Below, in pieces: positions 56,701-64,000 of a stretch of DNA of 64,000 bases. The stretch is from a virus. Each line of letters opens with the position of its first letter. The first letter of the stretch is position 1. A program made the position numbers and the translations under genes. The notes beneath the pieces are model-generated. The model had not been told where the DNA came from, ran no database searches, and saw only the letters and a list, made by a program, of their open reading frames with translations. Location of the stretch: positions 32,001-96,000 of the IMG/VR virus record IMGVR_UViG_3300050015_000276; one strand, given 5' to 3'.

Positions 56701-56916
56701 ATGACCTTAAATATACTTCATGGAACAGGATACCGAGTGGGTGAATCTGACAGAGTAATTGGATCCTCTATACCCAATCAACCTGATGGATTTATAGTTA
56801 TTAACCAACAAAATGGAAAAATATTCATATACTCTGGTGGTGTATGGACTGATGGTGGTACTTTTCCAAATGCATTTTTTACTCAAGACAATTTAGATTT
56901 GTGGATTTTAAGTTAA
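56701..56916 (+). CDS. Small late protein, paralog A
   Basis: YRVGESDR.....PDGFIV.N......SGGVW; late promoter at 56688. Confidence 0.65.
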   Translation: MTLNILHGTGYRVGESDRVIGSSIPNQPDGFIVINQQNGKIFIYSGGVWTDGGTFPNAFFTQDNLDLWILS

Positions 56917-56918
56917 AT

Positions 56919-57203
56919 ATGTCTGTTGCTGCTTATCACACACCCAAATATCGCGTAGGAAATTCATCAAGAACATTAGGAGATTCTACTAATGATCCTG
57001 AAGGATTCATTGTGCTCAATTTAAGTACATTGCAATGTTTTCAGGTTTCTGGTGGTGTTTGGATTAATTTTGGGCTTGTACCTTTGGCTTTAGTTACTGT
57101 GTGGAATTTACCTGCTAGTTTGGCTAATCTTTCTTGGAGCGGTATAACCGAATCACAATGGGCTAATATGACATCTGACCAATGGTCTTCAATAAAAGAA
57201 TAA
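56919..57203 (+). CDS. Small late protein, paralog B
   Basis: YRVGNSSR.....PEGFIV.N......SGGVW. Confidence 0.65.
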   Translation: MSVAAYHTPKYRVGNSSRTLGDSTNDPEGFIVLNLSTLQCFQVSGGVWINFGLVPLALVTVWNLPASLANLSWSGITESQWANMTSDQWSSIKE

Positions 57204-57210
57204 GGAACAC

Positions 57211-58104
57211 ATGAAAATACTCTTACTTTTAATGGCTGCATCAGGTATTATGTGGGGACAATGCCCCACAATACCGGCCACACAATATTCAGCATTAAAT
57301 ACTTTTATTAGTTCCAAAATATGTGGACTTTCTGGAACAGTTGCACCAACAGCATCGTGGTGTACAACTGCATTAGTAGGACTTGCAACATATACAAATA
57401 CAACTACAAGTATAATTTATGATTGTACTGCAAATCTTACATGGACACCTCGATCCATACCAGTATCAATTATTAATCAGAGAGGAATATTTAATTCTAG
57501 TACAATATATTCTACTGGCGATGAAGTAGGATATGGTACTCCAACAACACTTTTCATTTCATTAATTGATAATAATAGTGGAAATACACCTTCCGGTAAT
57601 TCTATATACTGGGCAATTCCAGGTCCTCAAGGTCCTGTTGGAGCTACTGGACCTCAAGGGGATACTGGACCTCAAGGTCCTGTTGGAGCTACTGGACCTC
57701 AAGGAACTACAGGAGCTACTGGCCTTACTGGTCCACAAGGACCTACAGGAAATACCGGCCCACAAGGTGCCACTGGTCCTCAAGGTCCTGTTGGAGTTAC
57801 TGGATCTCAAGGGTCTACTGGACCTCAAGGAACTACAGGAGCTACAGGGCCTCAAGGAGCTACTGGCCTTACTGGTCCACAAGGACCTACAGGAAATACC
57901 GGCCCACAAGGTGCCACTGGTCCTCAAGGATCTACAGGGCTTGGATGGATAATAAATCATGGTATTGGTGTACCAAATAGTGTATGTTCTGCTTCTGCTC
58001 AATATTGGGACATTAGTGTAACTCCACAAACATTGTGGATTTGTTCTTACGGTACAACAGGAAATAATGGTGTTTGGCAACTTATAAATACAACAGTTCC
58101 TTAG
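57211..58104 (+). CDS. Collagen-like protein with signal peptide and CBM-like motif
   Basis: [16 protein letters not shown]|Q, Y..GD.V.Y...W motif and about 36 Gly-X-Y triplets. Confidence 0.85.
   Translation: MKILLLLMAASGIMWGQCPTIPATQYSALNTFISSKICGLSGTVAPTASWCTTALVGLATYTNTTTSIIYDCTANLTWTPRSIPVSIINQRGIFNSSTIYSTGDEVGYGTPTTLFISLIDNNSGNTPSGNSIYWAIPGPQGPVGATGPQGDTGPQGPVGATGPQGTTGATGLTGPQGPTGNTGPQGATGPQGPVGVTGSQGSTGPQGTTGATGPQGATGLTGPQGPTGNTGPQGATGPQGSTGLGWIINHGIGVPNSVCSASAQYWDISVTPQTLWICSYGTTGNNGVWQLINTTVP
57711..57929 (+). repeat. Exact 75-nt direct repeat in the collagen region (period 144 nt)
   Basis: 57711-57785 equals 57855-57929. Confidence 0.85.
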
Positions 58105-58112
58105 GATTTAAT

Positions 58113-58880
58113 ATGAAATATATTTTTATATTACTTCTAATACCTTTTTCTTTATTGAGTCAACAATTGCGCACATGTGGTTATAGGGCATCAGATAAAC
58201 CAGGAGATTGTCTTGGTTGGGTTACTCAGGGATTAACAATAACACAAGTAACCAACCTACCTAAAGTTTCAATAATGTCGCCATTTTATGATGTGATTGA
58301 TGGTATATCTGAAACAGATTGTACTATAGGAAATAATGGTACACCATTGTATCACGTACTTTGTGGACCTAATTCTACCGGAACTTCTTGGGTAGCATAT
58401 GGTGGAAGTGGTGGAAGTGGTACTATGTCTTGGCCGAACAATATTGGTATTGCATTATATGGTGGTAATAATACATGGGGAAATTCTCTTGGATTAGTTA
58501 CTAACATAAATATTTTAGGGTCGGATAATAATATCCCAAGTGAAAAGGCTGTCCGTACAGCTATTGATGAAATTTCTTCGCCGCATTATTCTATTGTGGG
58601 GTGGTCAGCAACTCCCACAATAGATATGGCAATTGCTAAAAGTTTTAAAATTACATTAACTGGAGATGTAACCACCTTATCATTTCCTACAATAACGGCA
58701 GGTATCGGAGTTACCATTATTATTTGTCAAGATTCAACTGGAGGCCATTTTCTAACATGGCCAAGTACAATACATGGAGGAATTGTGATTGGATATCAAA
58801 AAAATAAATGTTCTGTACAAGATTTTATAAGTGATGGAGTAAACTTGTACGCTAGAACATTAGGAGTGATCGATCAATGA
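58113..58880 (+). CDS. Signal-peptide fibre/adhesin-like protein
   Basis: MKYIFILLLIPFSLLS|Q; C-terminal TLTG.VT...CQD.TGG..L.WP module. Confidence 0.75.
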   Translation: MKYIFILLLIPFSLLSQQLRTCGYRASDKPGDCLGWVTQGLTITQVTNLPKVSIMSPFYDVIDGISETDCTIGNNGTPLYHVLCGPNSTGTSWVAYGGSGGSGTMSWPNNIGIALYGGNNTWGNSLGLVTNINILGSDNNIPSEKAVRTAIDEISSPHYSIVGWSATPTIDMAIAKSFKITLTGDVTTLSFPTITAGIGVTIIICQDSTGGHFLTWPSTIHGGIVIGYQKNKCSVQDFISDGVNLYARTLGVIDQ

Positions 58881-60139
58881 CGAAACAACTAACTAAATTA
58901 CTTATTTTTGGACTTTTAGGATTTTCTCTATATGGCCAAACTATTAACGGAGTACCTGTATCTAGCACTGGCATCGAACTTACAGCAAATAAAGATGCCG
59001 CGAGTGGATATGCCGGACTAACAGCGGGAACTCTTCTGAAAACGGCGGAGATGCCCGCGTTTACTGGTGATGCTACAACTGTAGCTGGTAACGTGGCGAT
59101 CACCGTAGCTAAGGTCAACGGGACTACAGTTCCGGTAAACTCGGCTGCCGACCAAGTGCTTCTAACGACAGCCTCGGCTACTGGGTCGTGGGGATCGATT
59201 GGTTCCTGTTCGGGGACCGGGCAGGCTTTGCAGTACAACACATCGACCCACGTTTTTGCCTGTGTGACTTTGGGCGTGGATGGATCAGGAACGGCGTCTC
59301 ACTTAGCCTACTATGCGGCAACAGGCTCAACCATTGCAGACGCTGGAGCCGATTTCACTTACGACGGGACGCACACGTGGTCCATGGGGGCATCTGGCAT
59401 CTTGGACTTACATGCTGCCGCTGTAGCCAACGTCAAGTTGCCGGGGGCGAGTACCACTGGGCTAGTGCGCGTGACAACCACAACAGGAGCCATAGGTAGC
59501 GCAGAGTTAAGTGGGGATGCTACGACCAATGCTTCTAATGCGGTTACGGTTGCTAAGATAAATGGAACATCTGTCCCAACTAATTCCGCTGCTGATCAGT
59601 TCCTTGGGACTACGGCGTCGGCAACTGGCGCGTGGGCATCTATAACAAATTGCCTAGACTCGGCTGGAAACCACTTAAATTACAACACCAGCACACATAC
59701 TTTTTCATGCGGTACTACTTCATCTGCGGCAGGCACAGTTACTTCGGTATCTGGAACTGCAAACCAGATAACCTCCAGCGGAACTTCTACTCCTACATTA
59801 TCTTTACCAGCTACAGTATTATTTCCCGGTATTTATCAGGATAAAGTTAATGCTGTTAGTTTCTCTGCTACTCCTGCCTTTGATCTGTCGGCAGGAAATA
59901 CAATCACTATTACTTTAACGGGTAATGTTACCGCTTCTACAATTACCAATCATGTTTCGGGCGAAAGAGTTAATTTCTTGGTTTGTCAAAATGGTACTGG
60001 TGGATATACATTTGCATGGCCCACAACTGTTAAAGGTGCGCCAACAGTAGGTACCACTTTAAGTACTTGTACTTCTGCTTCTTTTATTGATAATGGTACA
60101 AATCTTTATGCCACAGGTATCGGCAACGTCAACATGTAA
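58877..60139 (+). CDS. Signal-peptide fibre-like protein with internal repeat
   Basis: MTKQLTKLLIFGLLGFSLYG|Q; two GDATT...VAK.NGT.VP.NSAADQ repeats. Confidence 0.78.
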   Translation: MTKQLTKLLIFGLLGFSLYGQTINGVPVSSTGIELTANKDAASGYAGLTAGTLLKTAEMPAFTGDATTVAGNVAITVAKVNGTTVPVNSAADQVLLTTASATGSWGSIGSCSGTGQALQYNTSTHVFACVTLGVDGSGTASHLAYYAATGSTIADAGADFTYDGTHTWSMGASGILDLHAAAVANVKLPGASTTGLVRVTTTTGAIGSAELSGDATTNASNAVTVAKINGTSVPTNSAADQFLGTTASATGAWASITNCLDSAGNHLNYNTSTHTFSCGTTSSAAGTVTSVSGTANQITSSGTSTPTLSLPATVLFPGIYQDKVNAVSFSATPAFDLSAGNTITITLTGNVTASTITNHVSGERVNFLVCQNGTGGYTFAWPTTVKGAPTVGTTLSTCTSASFIDNGTNLYATGIGNVNM

Positions 60140-60148
60140 GAGCTAAAT

Positions 60149-60499
60149 ATGAATATGAAGATAATTTATACAATAATTTGCGTGATATTACTGTTTTCCC
60201 CGGTATTAGCACAAGCACAAAATAAACCTACAGAAGTAAAAACTACAGTGCCAAATATTAGTGAAGCGAAGCAAGTTAGTTATTGGTCAGCTAGAGCAGT
60301 AATGATGGATTCTAGGCTTCAATTGGCTAATTTACAACTATTAGGGGGTTCTGGAAAAGATTGGCAAACTGTTAATACTGATTTAAAAAATAGAGAAAGC
60401 AAATTTAATGAGATTGTAAAATCTATTGAAAATATTTGTACTATTGATATAAAATCTCTAAATTTGGGAGTATTAAAGTGCCAGGATACAACTCCATAA
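60149..60499 (+). CDS. Small secreted helical protein
   Basis: Signal peptide ending VLA|Q; a Cys pair near the C-terminus. Confidence 0.7.
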   Translation: MNMKIIYTIICVILLFSPVLAQAQNKPTEVKTTVPNISEAKQVSYWSARAVMMDSRLQLANLQLLGGSGKDWQTVNTDLKNRESKFNEIVKSIENICTIDIKSLNLGVLKCQDTTP

Positions 60500-61443
60500 A
60501 GGTAGTATTAATATTAATATTATTAAGTGTTAGTTTGTATGGCCAGACCGTTAACGGGGTTCCAGTTATTATAACTGGAACCACGACCGTTAACGGTCAA
60601 ACCTGTAATTTAGGGTCATCATGCACCATTACTGCCAGTCCATCAGGTATTGTATCTGAAGCCTTAGGTGGAACTGGAACAAATAATACACCAGGGGCCG
60701 CCGGCCATATACTTCGTAGTAATGGCAGCCATTATATTGATTCGGCAATCCAGTCGGCCGATGTTCCTCCTATAATTGCTTATACTGTAACTACGGATTC
60801 TTCTACGGCCCGTACATTATCTGCAAATGATAATGCGACAATCATTTTATTTACATCTTCATCAACAATAACTGTAACTGTACCTGCAGGATTGGGTGCA
60901 GGATATAATGTTATTATAGAACAAGGTGGAACCGGAGTAATAAATTTTACAGGTTCGGGTACCACATTACATCAACTCATTGGATTTCCTAGTACTAATG
61001 GTCAATGGGCTAAAGTTCTCCTAACTTCTGATTCAGATACATCATGGGGATTAAGTGGTAATTTATTAGGAACCGTTACTCGTACCATAGGATGCGCTGT
61101 TGGAGATCCGGCTGGTTCAGCACTTGCTACGGGAATATTATGTTATGTTCCTGTACCGACAAGTTGCACGATTTCTTCCTGGGATATAAAAGTTGATTCT
61201 GGTACAGCAACAGTTGATATTTGGCAAACAGGATCAAGTACAACTTTGCCCACAATATCAAATACAATTACGGCTTCAGCTATACCAGCAATTGCAAGTA
61301 ATACAATGATAAATAGTACAACAACAACCGGTTGGGCAACTTCAAATGGTGGCCTTATATTATTAGCCAAAGATACTTTAGCTTTTAATTTGAAAACTAC
61401 CTCTGGACCGAAATACGTATACGCCGGTATACGTTGTGAATAA
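60478..61443 (+). CDS. Signal-peptide fibre-like protein
   Basis: KVVLILILLSVSLYG|Q; modules shared with the 61464 protein. Confidence 0.75.
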   Translation: MPGYNSIKVVLILILLSVSLYGQTVNGVPVIITGTTTVNGQTCNLGSSCTITASPSGIVSEALGGTGTNNTPGAAGHILRSNGSHYIDSAIQSADVPPIIAYTVTTDSSTARTLSANDNATIILFTSSSTITVTVPAGLGAGYNVIIEQGGTGVINFTGSGTTLHQLIGFPSTNGQWAKVLLTSDSDTSWGLSGNLLGTVTRTIGCAVGDPAGSALATGILCYVPVPTSCTISSWDIKVDSGTATVDIWQTGSSTTLPTISNTITASAIPAIASNTMINSTTTTGWATSNGGLILLAKDTLAFNLKTTSGPKYVYAGIRCE

Positions 61444-61463
61444 ATATGATTAGGAGATAATAA

Positions 61464-63995
61464 ATGAAATCGTTTCTATTAATATTTTGTGCCTTTTCTT
61501 TATGGGGACAAATTGTTGATCTACCGAACAATATACCCGTTAAGAATATACCTGCGGCAGTCAATCATAATATAACTGCTTTAAGAAATGCCGTTCCACA
61601 AAAATTCTTTGGAACTATAGCACCTGGTACAATTATTGGAAATCTTCCAGGAGATTGGTATTATGATACTTCGGCTCATAATGTTTATAAATGTGGCGCA
61701 CCTGCCAACACTGCCGCACCAGCATGTACTTCTGTAGATGTTGGAGGTTGGGAACAAATTGGTGCTGGAAGTGGAAATATAACTTATCCTGGTGCTGGTA
61801 TCCCACAATCTGTTGGTGGAACATCATGGGGCACGTCACTTGGTCTAGTAACTACAGTTGGTTCTCCTGGAACAGATACACATATAGCAACAGAAAAGGC
61901 AATTGCATCCGCTTTAAGTGGTAAGGCAAATGTGGGTTCTTACGCTCCTGCTACTAGTGGTTCGTCAATATTAAAAGGTAACGGTTCTGGAGGAACAGCA
62001 TCAGCAACTTATTCGGATATTGTTGGTTTATTCGCATCTGGATCTTGCAGCGGCTACCTAAAAAATGATGGAACATGCGGTTCTGGAGGAAGTGGGATGA
62101 CTTGGCCTACTGGATCTGGTATTGCGGTCTATAATGGAAGTGCATGGGGAACTTCACTTACAGCGCCGTCTAGTGCTTTAGTAGGCACTACCGACACACA
62201 AACACTTAGCAACAAAACAATAGATGGCGTGTCACCCACAACTTTAGCCTATGTAGACGCAACTTCAAGCGTCCAGACACAACTTAATAGCAAACAGGCA
62301 ACCATTAGCGGGGCCCCCAGCACGTGGCCCTCGCTAGGCACGGCCGCATCGCACGCAGTGGCCGATTTCGAGGCCGCACTTGGCAACCCCAGCGTAACGG
62401 GGTACATTCTGTCCTCCACCACGGGCGGGTCGCGCTCCTGGATTGCACCTGCTGCGGGCGGTGGAAGTATGACCTGGCCGGCGGCTGCCGGCGTCGCGGT
62501 GTATGGCGGCAGCAGCGCCTGGGGCTCATCGCTCCCAGTGGGCACGGGAGCCAATAATCTGGTGCAGCTTGATACGAGCGCGCACCTGCCAGCGGTCGAT
62601 GGATCGGCGCTTACGGGAGTAGTGGCGTCGGGTGTAGCTGGCCCTTCCGGTACCGCAGTCCTCGTAGAGGGCGCGGAGGGAGCGAAGCCCACAGCACCGG
62701 CCAGCGGCAGCGGGAATATCTGGTTCGATTCGACTAATCACCTCCCGCAGTACCAGGGAAGCGCGGGAACAATAATCGGCACGATGGTGGTTCCGGCAGC
62801 CGCGCGAACGGTGCATCAGTTCGCTACGCACATTCCGTCTACGGGGAGTGCGGGGACGGCGGCCATCGACAATTCCGATTTGCCAACCGCGGCGCTCAGT
62901 GGCGTGCTGATATACACCGCTGGCGTCCCGGCCGCTATCGGAACCTCGGCTACCAACTGCGTGCATGAGGATGGGAGCAGCGGCGGATGTGTGGCGTCGG
63001 TACCGGTGGCCTATACGGTTACGACGGACACCACCACGGCGCGCACGCTATCGAGCGGTGACAACGCCAGCGTGATCTCGTTCACGTCATCGTCACCCAT
63101 CACGCTGACCGTTCCCAGCGGACTCGGCGCGGGGTTCAACGCCATCGTGGAGCAGGCGGGCGCTGGCGTGGTGAGTCTGACGGGATCTGGCGCCACGCTA
63201 CACCAGCTTGCGGGAAGCGCCGCCACGGCGGGGCAGTGGGCCAAGGTGGGGATATATGCCACTACTGATACGAGTTGGCAACTGACCGGCGAGCTGGCGG
63301 GGACTTCCGGATTCGCCAATCCCATGACCGGAGTCGGTGATATGATTCGCGGCGGCGCATCGGGAGCGCCCACCGCGCTAGCCGCCGACACCAGCAATAC
63401 TCGCAAGTTCCTGCGGGAGCAATCGACCGGAGGAAGCCCCAACGCCCCGGCGTGGGACACGCTGCAATCTGGAGACATCCCGAATAATGCCGCCAATACG
63501 AGCGGTACAGCGGCCGACCTGTCCGCGACGCTCTCTATCGCCCACGGCGGTACGGCGCAGACCTCCGTGCCGGGTAGCAGTGGCAATTACGTCTACAACA
63601 ACGGGGGAGCGTACGGGGCGAAGGCGCTTACGCAGACCCACGCCATCGGGTGCGGCGTTGGAGATCCGCCGGGATCGGCGCTCGCTACCGGCGTGCTCTG
63701 TTATGTGGTGGCTGCCGCGGCCTGCACAATCCAATCCTGGGACATCCTGGTAGATGCGGGGACGGCGACGGTGGACGTCTGGAAAGTGGCCAGCGGCACG
63801 GCCGTACCCACGGTGAGTAATAGCATCGTGTCATCGGCGGCTCCAGCCATCAGCACGGGGACTTCGCTGCATTCGACCACGCTGACCGGCTGGACGACTG
63901 CCGTGGAGCAGTATGACCGGATCGGGTTCAACCTGACGACAACCTCGGGTCCTAAATATATTTACGTGGGGGTAAACTGCGATGAGAGTAAGTAA
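61464..63995 (+). CDS. Large signal-peptide fibre-like mosaic protein
   Basis: MKSFLLIFCAFSLWG|Q; Gly/Ser/Thr-rich repeats (MTWP...G.AVY.G..WG.SL). Confidence 0.78.
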   Translation: MKSFLLIFCAFSLWGQIVDLPNNIPVKNIPAAVNHNITALRNAVPQKFFGTIAPGTIIGNLPGDWYYDTSAHNVYKCGAPANTAAPACTSVDVGGWEQIGAGSGNITYPGAGIPQSVGGTSWGTSLGLVTTVGSPGTDTHIATEKAIASALSGKANVGSYAPATSGSSILKGNGSGGTASATYSDIVGLFASGSCSGYLKNDGTCGSGGSGMTWPTGSGIAVYNGSAWGTSLTAPSSALVGTTDTQTLSNKTIDGVSPTTLAYVDATSSVQTQLNSKQATISGAPSTWPSLGTAASHAVADFEAALGNPSVTGYILSSTTGGSRSWIAPAAGGGSMTWPAAAGVAVYGGSSAWGSSLPVGTGANNLVQLDTSAHLPAVDGSALTGVVASGVAGPSGTAVLVEGAEGAKPTAPASGSGNIWFDSTNHLPQYQGSAGTIIGTMVVPAAARTVHQFATHIPSTGSAGTAAIDNSDLPTAALSGVLIYTAGVPAAIGTSATNCVHEDGSSGGCVASVPVAYTVTTDTTTARTLSSGDNASVISFTSSSPITLTVPSGLGAGFNAIVEQAGAGVVSLTGSGATLHQLAGSAATAGQWAKVGIYATTDTSWQLTGELAGTSGFANPMTGVGDMIRGGASGAPTALAADTSNTRKFLREQSTGGSPNAPAWDTLQSGDIPNNAANTSGTAADLSATLSIAHGGTAQTSVPGSSGNYVYNNGGAYGAKALTQTHAIGCGVGDPPGSALATGVLCYVVAAAACTIQSWDILVDAGTATVDVWKVASGTAVPTVSNSIVSSAAPAISTGTSLHSTTLTGWTTAVEQYDRIGFNLTTTSGPKYIYVGVNCDESK

Positions 63996-64000
63996 ACCGA

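Noticed and set aside
62249-63931. Long antisense and alternate-frame ORFs in GC-rich DNA (also 29422-30284, 30820-31287, 43350-43796)
   Set aside because: These are shadows of real genes caused by stop-poor GC-rich or Gly/Ala/Thr-rich codons. They have no SD or promoter and no recognisable motifs.
1-64000. Stop-codon reassignment (TAG or TGA read-through)
   Set aside because: All core genes are intact in the standard code, and many genes end naturally in TAG or TGA. The single in-frame TAG at 30144 is better explained as a nonsense mutation.
1-64000. tRNA, tmRNA or rRNA genes
   Set aside because: No cloverleaf with T-loop GTTCRA and acceptor stem was recognised. A tRNAscan-SE or ARAGORN run would settle this.

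Overview
A 64-kb segment of a large T4-like myovirus genome. The host is probably a Gram-negative bacterium with a PEP-CTERM system, and Acidobacteriota is my inference. The left edge (1-4.3 kb) is the end of a VrlC/DUF4815-type virion gene block. From about 4.4 to 36.6 kb lies an accessory island of small genes between inward-facing sigma70-type promoters. It is built from repeated units of hairpin, GTTAT-S-ATAAC box, TTGACATCC promoter and leaderless ATG. The neck gene gp13 is stranded inside this island and is split by two ORF-less 251-nt group I introns. From 37.5 to 53.4 kb is the T4 head/tail core (gp14-gp23). Its large terminase is a fractured gene: an atypically split intein with class-3-like residues (Pro1, Cys at block F4) whose halves flank a Vsr/DUF559-like endonuclease. 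The right end holds homing endonucleases, a GT4-like glycosyltransferase and six consecutive genes whose products, mostly fibre-like, all begin with signal peptides. All family assignments come from motif recognition by eye; no searches were run.
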